Source: Phoronis australis (taxonomy: Eukaryota; Animalia; Phoronida). Taken from it: a stretch of 64,000 nt of DNA. Each line of letters opens with the position of its first letter. Within the stretch, counting starts at the first letter, position 1. Below are positions 51,101 to 62,159 of the stretch, piece after piece. The DNA lies in assembly GCA_002633005.1 (NCBI GenBank), contig NMRA01000587.1, forward strand, positions 124,001-188,000, written 5' to 3'. A program made the position numbers and the translations under genes. The notes under the pieces are model-generated. The model did no database searches, was not told the origin of the DNA, and worked only from the letters and a program-made list of their open reading frames with translations.

Positions 51101-54100
51101 CTGTCAGATTAAAGTGCAGTAATAACAGAAATCGAACGGGAGGAGTTGTGATTTTTCTGACAATTCTGAACAGTCCGTCACGACAATATCATGTTATGGG
51201 TCAAACTTTTCACTTTCGGCTATGTATCAACGGTGAAATTTTCGATTTGTCGGTTCGATTCACCTCCGGCTAAAGAGGCGAGTGTTTTGTTCCTCGTGCA
51301 CTAACAATTTTCCAGATTGCGAAACTAAAACTCAATTCTACATCACATTGCTGATTGTTTTGTTAATAAACGCTAATTTATAAGAGTTCTAATTTGTTAC
51401 TCAACTCTGAAATGTTAGAAAGGTGTGCGACTTTTGTCAGCCCGCCCTGGACGTTGTCAGAGGGACGAGCACTGAGGCGCTTCGAAGGGACAATGCATTC
51501 GCGAATAAACCTAGCGTCATGGATGGACGTTGCTTGCAGTGCATGTTATCTTGCGAAGATGATAGTTGCGTGATATCACATTTCTCTCAGGAAGTTTGCT
51601 TGAACACAGGCATAGTGTTCTAGCAATCACGACTTCCTGGAACGGAAAACCACCATGGCAGAGTCGCTCACAATGTTTCACCAGAGTGGTTATTTTCCGC
51701 ACGCGCGTGCGACGAAACTGTGAAAAAAACAACTATTGACATGCAAGATTTAGGGTTTGAGTATCACGAAAATGGTCTACGCCACAATAACTAATTGGCG
51801 AAATGAAATTTACAAGTATATTACAGTATCATGTAGTGAGTGCATGACAAAATTTTCACACGGCATGTTTCAAATGCAATCTTTGCCTATTGTGTTTTCA
51901 GGCGTCAGTCCAGTTTTCAGATCAGGATTCTAAAACAGTATGGCTTCTAGACCTCTCCTGACATTCCCTCTACCAAAATACATGAAATTTACCCAAACGC
52001 ATAACTCAACAAGAGCTTGAGGGAGAGTTATTGTTTTTAACTGAAATCGGACGCAAGACGGCGCTGTAACGCCAATTTTTTGAAGTTTTGGTTTGCAGAC
52101 CTCTACCTCATTGGTCCTTTGCTGAAATATGGATAAGCAGGTAGGTCTCATCAAGGGCTATATGCAATATCACTAAGAGCCTTGGTAGGTCGAGAACTGT
52201 GTAGTTAAGATACTTCTAAACAATTTTACGTTACCCGCCATGTAAGTCCAGAGGATACCAGTGGCAAGAAAAAGTCTCTTATGCGACATAAGCTGCTGGT
52301 ACTTGTACGGGAATAAGACGGCTACGAAGCGATCGACAGCTGTAACGAAACGAAATGACGAAGTAACTACAACATGAAACGGAGGAACAAAAAGGAATTG
52401 ACAACAGGAATAATTTGTCAACTAGTGAAAACTAAATGTACCAACACTAAACGTTAGTCACCAACATGCCTCATGCGGCTGACCATTATTACGAACATAA
52501 CTCCTGGGTATCGGCATAGGCGGATTTGGGGAGGAGCAGGGGGCCAGCCCCCGCTTCCTTGGCTGCCGCAAGCAAATTGATATAGAAACAGCGTGAAGCG
52601 TGAGGAAATATTGAGTTCAGCAACTAGCACCGGTAGAGTATGAGGAAGGGGGGCTCCGACTCCTAACCGCAAACGCGTCGTGTTACCTTTTTTAGTACAT
52701 CGATAGATTTTGTGAACAGTAGGTCCACATCCCCGGACCCCGCAACTTTTGGGCCGCCTGTGCACATACAATCGCGCTTTGTCCACTTGCCGATGCAACT
52801 TGTTGACCCCCCTTATGGCATCCTAGGTCCGCCACTGATCGGATACAGGGTATGATCCAGTCAGTGCAGGAACTCGTGATGATTTGTTGTTCCCTCTGAC
52901 ACAAAATGATCGAACTTCGACAACTGGTAATTAATATAGAACATGTCAGTCAGTTCGAACACGATGGCTCATCCATTGTGTTGAAAGTGACATTAGATAC
53001 GTCGTGAGAAAGCGCAGTCATCTGCCATAAAAAATTTAGCCACGTCATTCAGTGGATCTAGATTCTCCCAGGTTGGACTCTCGCCAAAAATGGTGGTTGC
53101 CCCTTGCGAAATCAAAGATCCACCAATGCCAACCTAAAACATTCGAACAGTTGCCTACGTGTGGTGCGTGTCAAGGGTACAATGTAGCTCTTATGTTTTG
53201 AAGGCATACAGCATTGAAACACACTCTTATTGATCAGGATTATAGTGATCAAGGAGGACCTTTTCAAAACTACTTTTCAAATAAATCATTAACATTAGAT
53301 TCAGAGTGAATCAATTCCCAGTGTACTATTTGTTCGCATTAGAGTAGTAGGTCTCTACACGTTCAAACGTACGTGTGGAATCAACATGCAGCAAAATCAC
53401 GGTGTAGGTTCCTCTGCCTGGCATTTGAATTCGGCACTGTCGCGAGAAAGACTTAAAAATTCAACAAAAATGTGTTTTTTCCTCGCTACAGAAGCACTGG
53501 CACGTGCATGTTCAGTGTAATTGTGGTCACTTTGTTAACTTAAGTTGCACTAACTGGAATTGCTTACTGCTTGCGCTAGATTATTTTATTGGTCGTTTTT
53601 TCAAAATATGAACTTCGAGTGTCATTCCGACGTCATGTCTGGTTACCCGCTTCTTTCTTTATGTTTGAGTATCGATGTGCATGTATAGACTGCATACACA
53701 CCGTTTGCAGTTGGTGTTACCGATTAATATGATACTCACCCTCAAAATTATTGTACGAGCACGACGGGAAGCCATTTTAAATGTACATTTCGCAACTGTT
53801 TCGTTGTCAATTTTGATTTCGGCTTTGTGCTTTAAAACATTACCACGCTCATCCGCATTTAAATCGTCGCCGCCTGAGGCTGCAACTCAAGTCACAGACA
53901 GTGAGCCCGTTTCGAATTTTCGATTTTGGGATTGGAGCTTTTATTAAAGTCGTTAATTGTTTCGATGTTCTCATTGGTATCTGGAATCTTATCCTCTCCC
54001 ACTAAGGAATATTATGGGACCTTTTTGTGAGAGCAAAATGCCTAATTCAATTTGCGTTTTAGCCAGCTACAAAACAATGCGAAATGCAGCACTAAATATG

Positions 54101-54231
54101 CCACGGAGGCATACATGTACTACAGTGTATGTACTAACCAATTAAGAGAAGAGAGCCACCAGACATACTGAGTGGTACGGTTGTACAGATGAGGCTGATC
54201 AGGCAGAAGTTCTTTGAAGATGGAACAATTC
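48177..54231 (-). CDS. Class A (rhodopsin-like) orphan GPCR, TM3-TM7 exons intact; probably a pseudogene given its first exon
   Basis: Exons complement(54139..54231, 52235..52339, 48177..48667) join through phase-1 GT-AG introns. KNFCLISLICTTVPLSMSGGSLLLI-AVDRFVAVLFPYKY...ILWTYMA-GMMIM...YIPIFVVAHKQRNKI...FTLCILP...ALNPIVY. DRF and NPxxY motifs present. Confidence 0.8.
49973..50112. mobile_element. MITE copy 3 of 3, in a GPCR intron
   Basis: CGTTCAGTAACGCTAGGACCT...AGGTCCTAGCGTTATTGAACG, same family as 16360 and 25001. Confidence 0.85.
52515..52837. mobile_element. hAT-like MITE with 5-bp TSD
   Basis: Ends CATAGGCGGAT / GTCCGCCACTG. ATCGG on both flanks (52510-14, 52838-42). Confidence 0.78.
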
Positions 54232-54939
54232 CTGAAATAAAAATATAGAATTATGTTTGAAGAGGGACCGTAGAGAGCTAATAACTGGCAGCGCCAGAAG
54301 CAAAACCTTGGCAAACGGTGGTGCGAGATTTGGCGATGACTGCCAAGGAAGAAAAGGTGATAAACTCTACTGGAACGTATTTACACGGTACTTCGTTCAT
54401 CGTAGACCATCTACGGTGTGAGTAAAATTTCCGCTTTTAGAACCAAGGAAAGCCACGGAACACGTCAGGAGTCAACGGTATTCACTGTGAGAATGGCACA
54501 ACGATACATTCATCAAACCCATATCAAGATTGCATCATTTCACAGCGTTACTGAAAAATTTAAGGCTGCTGCGCCTCAGTCTCATCCCCCGGGATCTACT
54601 AGGGAGCGGGGTTCAGGGGGTTTAAACCCCCCTGGGACAGAATTAAAAATGAAAACCAAAACAAAAAAAAACGTTGCCAATAAAACGAAATCAGCTACAA
54701 AAACCCAAAAAATCTTACACGACTTCCCCCAACCGCTCTCCGCTACGCGCCTGTGATTCACGCTAATCCTAACCCCCATACTGAAAACGTAGATCTGCCA
54801 CTATAAAAGGTAGTTAGTAGGCTACCATGTGCCTGCCAGTCCTCACGAAGTTAGCGGCTCCCAATCAGTCTTCATTAATTCAAAACCGTTCGTCGTCGAA
54901 GCTTCCGACTCATTATCAGGCAATTAGAGTCGTGAAGTG

Positions 54940-55105
54940 TGTGGCTAAGGGGTTTGAGGTCCGGACTCCTGCTTGGTACACCTTAAGGTTCGAATCCTGG
55001 CTCCAAGGGTTGACAACCGAGCATTTTACGAAGGTGTCTCCTCTTCTGAGTTGTATATAGTGCGAAAGCGATTTTGGGGCTGTGCTCATCTTCAAGAAAA
55101 AAAAT
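54940..55105 (+). mobile_element. tRNA-derived SINE
   Basis: A-box-like TGGCTAAGGGG, B box GGTTCGAATCC, A-rich tail near 55095-55105. Confidence 0.55.
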
Positions 55106-55486
55106 AACTGTCTTTCTGGTCTCAGAATTGTGGACATTGGACTGAGTAGTGAACTTTTGAAGGTAGTGTAATTTCGGAGCAGTGAACCTTCGGAGTATTG
55201 GCTGGACCTTCGGCCAAAGTAGCGAACCTTCGTAATAGTGACATGTAACCTTAGAAACTTTTCCCATCTGAAGTTAGTTGGTCGTATGAAGTCTGTGAGG
55301 CTGTGCACCATTGACACTGTTTACAACAAAAGTCTTTCTTCATTGAGCACAGTTTTGTTAGGCCTAGACCTACTTTCCCCAAAATGTGAACAAACTCGTT
55401 GGAGTTTTCTCAGCGCAAGAAAACACGGTTATAGTTAAATGTCAGGTTTTTGAGCAACGGCGGAGGGCTGCCTGTAGGGAACTTAC

Positions 55487-55730
55487 CGTCGGCTTGTACC
55501 AAATTTAAAGAACGGAAGCGCGCACACACGCATGTCAATCCACCAATGCACAATTGAATTGGACACTGGATGAACAACATGCGTGTATTTGACGAACACT
55601 TTCACCGTACTATACTAGTAAGCAATATCAGATAACAATCCTAATTTGTGCTATTATGTTTCTTTCATTCTCATCGCAATACTTTTTGGGAGATTTTTCG
55701 TTGCTATGCAACTCAGCTAAGTGTAGACAT
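55487..55730 (-). pseudogene. Decayed putative first exon (TM1-TM2) of the GPCR
   Basis: Strong phase-1 donor GACG|GTAAGT at 55487 fits the exon at 54231. Frame reads YLILLTSIVR*KCSSNTRMLFIQ...CIGGLTCV, with an internal stop and no intact GN or LAxxD motif. Confidence 0.45.
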
Positions 55731-56099
55731 TTAGTTCTAGACTCCCTTGTACCCCACGGTGTAGCCACCACGCGTGTTCAATGCCCATGAATAACACAAA
55801 GCCTCCTAAAGTCGTCTGCACGATCCTGTAATCTCCGCCAACACCACTCGGGTGAAGTTAGTTATCATAGCAGTGCAACAAACTTGTTGTTGTCCATCTG
55901 TATCCCATCTTTAACGGTTCGATCAAATCCGCCCGAACCTCAGTCTCCTGTCTACGGGCCTGTGTTAGGTCTCGTGGCGTGAAAAACTGACAAACGATGG
56001 TGTTCCCAGGGTCTAGACTATTACTAAAAGCAGCAATTAACACTTAAGTATCACTTAATCAAGCTGAATCACGTTGATGTTGGGCTAACGTATGTCGCG

Positions 56100-59000
56100 A
56101 CAACTGAAAAACGACCAATCAAGACCGACACCCTGAGAGTCGACCAGAAGAAAACTGACCTTGCAGAGGAAAGGTGTTTCTTCTGTCACAAAGCACCTGG
56201 CTAGAGACTGTCGTAAGCGGACATAAGTGAAGCAATATCAAAAGTCAGCAGCGGTCAGCCACCGAGATTCTTAGATTAAGGAGGAGTCGGTGAAGTGTGC
56301 TAACCCTGAACGCGCCTTCAAATGCGTCTGAAGGAGGGGTTTGTTGGCACGAAAAAGATCTCAGTGTTGAGAGACACAGGCTAAACAACCCTTGTGGTTC
56401 AATTTATTCTAGTCAAACCAGGACATATGACCTACCGGAAGAGGTCATGCGAGTGGGTGGACTCTACCAAGAGATGGCTGCCTGTCGCCAAGATCAACAT
56501 CAAGACACCATACTGCACGGGATAAATGTTTGCGATGTGTAGGGAGCGTTCAGAGGCCAATTTGATTATCGGGGACGTACCTGGCGCCTTGGACCCAGCG
56601 GATGTTGAGCGACAGGAGACAGCAACTACTGTCAACAAGGACAATAGGGCAATGACCTGGTGGAAGGTCCAAAAGATGACTCTCAAAAGGGTACTACTTC
56701 CCAAGAGGAGAACCCAGTGACCTTAACCCCAGAGGGAGAAGAGGTGGCCGAGATGTCGGTAGGAAGGGATCTTGATGAATCCAGCCGGGCAGCGGTAGCA
56801 GTGACTACTAGAGCTCAGGCAGAGGGACAATTAGCGGATAATAAACCGTTAGCTGTATCACCGACCATACAAGAGGTCGGACTAAAGCAGTTCAAAGAAG
56901 CCCAGTGTGAAGATTCATCAATGAAAAAAGTTGTGGAATCAAGCTGAAACCAAGGTTCAACGACAGACTAAAACCAAGGGGTCATACGTGATGGAGGTCC
57001 AGCGAGTTATCGGGTGTTTAACAATGAAGACGGTAACGAGGTGAAGCAAGTTATCGTAACGAGCAGTTTGCATAAGTCTGTGATGAGGGTCGCTCTACTC
57101 GGAGGACACCTCGGTGTTAGGAAGACCTCTGACCGCATCATCAGCAACCTCTATTGGCCAGCAGTGGCATCAGAAATGACCCGATTCTGAAGGTCATGCG
57201 ACATCTACCATAAGACCATTCCGAAAGGTTGAGAGATGCCTTTGATGGAGAATCCTTTGAAAAGGACGGCGATTGATCTTATTGGCCCTTTAGCTCCAGT
57301 TTCCGACAAGGGAAACGGATACATCCTCACGGTGTTAGATTTCGCTACCAGGTACCCAGAAGCAGTGGCGCTACCGAAGACTGAGACAGGGTGTGGCAGA
57401 ATCATTGTGAGAATATTATTCCACGAGAGTTCCTGAGTGATTGTAGAACGCAGTTCACAGAGGAACTGATGAAGGAGGTCAGCAGACTTGTTAGTGCACA
57501 GCAGCTGTATACGATCGCTTACAACCCACGCTATAACGGTGTCTGCGAGAGAACCAACGTTGTACTAAAAGCCATGCTGAAGAAGATGTGTCAAGAAAGA
57601 CCAAAGGACTGGGACCGGTATCTGCCAGCTGCATTGTTTGCTTACCGGGAAATTCCGCAATCAAGCACAGGATTTTTACCCTTTGAGTTGCTATACGGCA
57701 GGACATTAAGAGGTCCGATGCAAATCCTGTGCGAACTCTGGACTGGGGAAGACAACAACGAAGTCCGAAATACTTACCAGTATGTCTTTGAGCTCAGGAT
57801 CCGCTTAGAGGAGACCTACGAGTTGGCTAGAAAAAAATTGCATAATGCACAGGGTATTCACAAGCACTAGTACGACAAGAAGGCCTTCTTGATGGAGGCA
57901 GTTTAGAGCTTCGACCAGAGGCGCACAACGAGACCTGTGTGATTCCTTGACGTCAGAACAGCGTGAAAGGCTCTACATCTCCTACGTGACTACCGTAGTA
58001 TCTCCACCGATCAGCTTGGAGGGACCGAGTTGTCCTGCCACGTCATCGCGTTGACGACAGAGCATCCATTGAGAGTGAGACCACGTCAGCTGCCGTACAT
58101 TACTCAGGACCTAGTGAAGAAGGAAGTGCGGGAGATGTTAAATATGAACATCATTGAGCCTTCCACTTCAGCTTAGAGCTCTCCTGTAGTATTGGTGGCT
58201 AAAAAGAACGGCACCACAAGGTTCTGTGTTGACTACCGGCGGCTGAATGCAGCGACCAAATTCGATAACGAGCCCATGGGTAACCCTGAAGCTATTATGG
58301 GGACTCTGCATGGTTAAAGTTTCTTCTCAAAGTTTGACTTCACTAAGGGATACTGGAAAATTCCCATGGATAAAGCGAGTAAAGTGAAAACCACACTTGT
58401 GACTCCAGGAGGCTCTTACCAGTTCCGCAGAATGTCGTTTGGCTTGGTGAATTCAGCTGCCACGTTCAACAGCATGACGAGAAGGATATTGGCGGGCTCA
58501 GATAATATCGAACAGTATGTTGACGATGTGCTTCCCCATACTATCACCTGGGAGGAACATCTCAGTACACTGAGAGACTTGTTTCAGAGATTAAGGCAAG
58601 CAGGCTTGACAGTAAGACCGTCAACGTGCAGAATTGGCGATCAGGATATGGAGATCCTTAGATATCAGGTTGGGACAAACCAGATAGCTATGTACGACCA
58701 AAAGCTAATGAGGATCCTGGATGCACGAACGCCATTTGGTAAGACGGAAGTACGTCATTCCTAGGGCCTACATATACAGGGCACTACCGAAAGTTTGTGC
58801 CTAACTATGCACAGATAGCCACACCGTTGGCGGATTTACTGAAGAGAGGCCAGCCAAAGAAAGTCGTATGGACAGATATTCATGACCAGGCATTCGTAAA
58901 GCTAAAGCAAGCGCTTGGAAGTAGTTCAATCATACAAGTGCCAGACTTCACCCAGAGATTCATATCCAGGATGGATAACGATTAAACGATGGTTTAGGGG

Positions 59001-60072
59001 CAGTCTAACTGCAGGAGTTTTACGATGGGACATTACCTATATCGTATGCTAGCCTGAAGCTTAAGGAGGGCGAGCGACATTACTTTACAGAAGAGAAAGA
59101 GGGTTTGGCGATAGTGTTCTCTGTTAAACGGTTTCAGTTTTATCTCTACGGGGCAGAATTCGTGGTGCAAACAGACTACACTCCATTGATATATATTCAG
59201 CATTGTAAGATTGAAAGTCGCAGAGTTATGCGATGGGCTTTAGCACTGTAGAAATACAAATTCCACGTGGAGCATATCCGGGAAAATCTAGCGTCGGTGC
59301 GGATTACTTAAATCGATTACCAAAGCATGCAAGTCAGGGAGCACCTTAGAGAAGGACACAGCAGCAGAAGATTATATATCTGGGCCAGATGATTTTGTGT
59401 TAATAAATTATAGAGTAATTTTCTCTTTGGCAGGAGTGTGTTTTCAGAATTTAATTATTATTTTGTTCTGTTTGTGTTATTTATTAGCATAGACCCTGAG
59501 GCCAGTACAGTGATGACGTAATTTGTTTATTACAAAATAGTAGACTCCAGCATGTGAGTGATTAATGTAATCTGGAGCATTCTAGAGACTATATGTTTGT
59601 AGAATGATTCCGGGAAGTTCTTGCATGAGCTTGTATTGATTAAAAGCTCTAGAACATTGCATTGGTCTATAAATACACAAGTACGGGTTTGTGGCCCAGT
59701 TTCAATTTCAGTTCAACAGTTAAGCAATTTAAAGTTACAAGAGAGTTACAGTTGAGTTGCAGTGAAGAGAATCAATAGTTACAGCGAGAGTCAATAGAGA
59801 GTCAGCTACAAAGACAGCAGGTTATTGAATCAGCGAGTGTAGCAGTTACTGAAGGTGTCTCAGAAGCTCATCACAAGTCAAGGCTTTCCAGAACTGACTG
59901 GATGATATAACAGTCATTACGTCGGAAGTTTTGTTTGAATAGGCTTGTGAACATACGGTCGAGATTAGTAAAAGGATAAACTCGAACCAGTCTTCAGGCT
60001 ATTATCTCACCAAAAGCTATTAGCACCGATTTGTAACCACCTGCGCCCACCCACACACGGGAAAACGTGACA
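56100..60072 (+). mobile_element. Decayed Ty3/Gypsy LTR retrotransposon, Gmr1-type order gag-(PR)-IN-RT-RNaseH, 3' LTR only
   Basis: CCHC remnant CFFCHK..HLARDC (~56175). Integrase GHLGVRKT, IDLIGPL, LDFATRYPEA, NGVCERTN (57.1-57.9 kb). RT YQFRRMSFGLVNSAATF, YVDD (58.0-58.9 kb). RNaseH GLGAVL..PISYAS..EKEGLAIVF (59.0-59.3 kb). Many stops and frameshifts. Confidence 0.92.
59437..60072 (+). repeat. Probable 3' LTR of the Gypsy element
   Basis: Follows purine-rich GGCAGGAG. Starts TGTGTTTTC and ends GAAAACGTGACA (imperfect terminal inverted repeat, TG...CA). TATAAAT near 59668. Confidence 0.6.
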
Positions 60073-61572
60073 GGGAGTTCGATCGAATGACCATAGGTGT
60101 ACTTTTGGTCTCGTGACAGACCAGGACATCTCATTTGTGTAAATATTGACTAGAGCAGTGCACATCTGGTCACTCGGCGATCTGGTCCGGTATACATTTT
60201 CACCACGATGTACAGTTTATTATGGTTACGTGAAAGCGTTTTCAGGTGATTTGTTTCCTGATACAGTTGAGGTTTTTCATTTGTCGCCGCGACATACGTT
60301 AGCCCGGAAAAAGTAGAAAACGAGACAAAAGTCCGCGAAAGAGGCAAGAACTGGTAAAATTCGGCGAATGCACAATTAATAGCTCTGAACGTATGCCGTG
60401 ATTTTTTAGGAAAAGGTCCACATTTTCATAAATTCGATCTCCCCATTTTTCAGGCTGGGTGAGCGAATGCAACCGTCACGGCATCATCATTTCCTGTATT
60501 ATGAATTTCGCCTCTTCTCAGGATCATAGAGCTGAGAGTCAATTTTTGAGTATACGATTTCCCTTCCCACAAATTTAGCTGCGTCCATTGCCTTACCAAA
60601 AACTCTACAGTGTCGACGTTTGCAAAATACCAAAGGTCCACCGTTCTAGAAACTCGAACCACCCCCACGCGATGCTGGCTACGGGCCTGTGCTGGTGACT
60701 ACTTAAAAGTACAATGCAATTGTTTTACGACACTTCAAACCTCAAAATAAAACAAATTCGTCAGAATGACATTATCAAATCGACGCATTCGCAGTTATTT
60801 CGAGACGAAATCATTCGCACCTTTTCCTTATCCATTAGCTCCCTCCATGATCATCTGTGCAGATTAAATTTTGTAGCACAATTTGGAGCCTGTTTCGAAA
60901 CAATCATGCACATTTCGCTAACATCAGTCATTGGACATTGACATCGTGTTTAATAAAAACGATCACAATTTGTACTCTGTAGCAGACCGTTTGTTACCTT
61001 CTAAATGTACGTGTTGATCATATATTTTTTTCGTTTTATTTCATTCAGAGTTTTTCGTTACATACATGTACTAGGGTAGTTGGAGACAAACTTAATTCCT
61101 GAAAAGAAACCTTTTGTCTCCCAGTAATGGTACTAATCGTGCAATAGCGTGTGGCATAACCGATTCAGCGTGTACCCAGCAAAACAATGTTTTAAACAAT
61201 TTTAGCGTTTGATTCCAACCACTTTTTGCTAGAAAATTAGCGTCGACTTGATTTTAAATCAGATAAGTGCCTTCCGGGCTTGGAAAAAAAATGGTAACTT
61301 GCTTCTCGCTTGCCGCATAAACTGAACTGAAGTGACAAACCAACTTGACAAACTGGCCTCAAGCAACCAGATGTTAGACAGTGGTTACTTCTTTAAAAGC
61401 CAGGAGATGTTGGAGCTTTCACAAAGTCTTTCCTCCTCCTAACGGTTTCTGTTTTCAGTTGATATCCAGAGCATCTGAATTTGGCTGGTACTCAACGTAA
61501 AGTTGTGAAATTGCCATATATCGTTATTGTAATGTCACATGTAGGAAAGAGCTCAGCTCCAAGAACAAATAA

Positions 61573-61952
61573 ACTCTCTCTCTCTTTCTCTCTCTCTTTC
61601 ACACTATCACTTTCTCTCTCTCTCTCTCCCTCTCTGTCTGACACATTTTCTCTCTCACTCTCACTGTCTCTCCTAATCTCACTCTCTCTCTCTCTTTCTC
61701 TGTCTCACTTTCTCACTGTCTCTCACTACTCTCTCTCTCTTTTCACTCTCTCATTCTCTCTCTTTTTTTTTCTCAACATCATTCTCACTCACTCTCCCTC
61801 ATTCTATCTCTCTCTTTTTCTCTCTCTCCTCTCTCTTTCTTTTTCTATCTCCCTCTCACTNTCTCTCATTCCATGTCTCTCTTTTCTCTCTCTTCCTCTC
61901 TCTCTCATTCTCTCTCTTTTTCCCCTCTCTAGCCCTCTCTTCCGTCCCTCTG
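61573..61952. repeat. Degenerate (CT)n polypyrimidine microsatellite
   Basis: About 380 bp of CT/TC-rich low complexity, with an N at 61861. Confidence 0.95.
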
Positions 61953-62159
61953 CTTTTGTCTTTACTTCAATACTTTTAGTCTAATGTACATATTTGACTT
62001 TCTGTGGTTAGAAAAACATGTTAAGTATGAAATGTATGAATTTATCAGTATTTAAGGACACATATGATAATTATAATCGTCCGGGTGTCTGGAAAACAAG
62101 AATACCTCGCTGCTGTTTGCCCATTACGCTCGACCTCACTTTTCTATTACGACCCCGAA

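Noticed and set aside
52960-53135. Extra GPCR exon (VGIGGSLISQG...)
   Set aside because: The 54139 and 52339 exons already join to give a continuous TM3 (SLLLI-AVDRF), leaving no room for it.
61481-61984. 167-aa Ser/Leu-rich ORF
   Set aside because: Translation of the (CT)n microsatellite.
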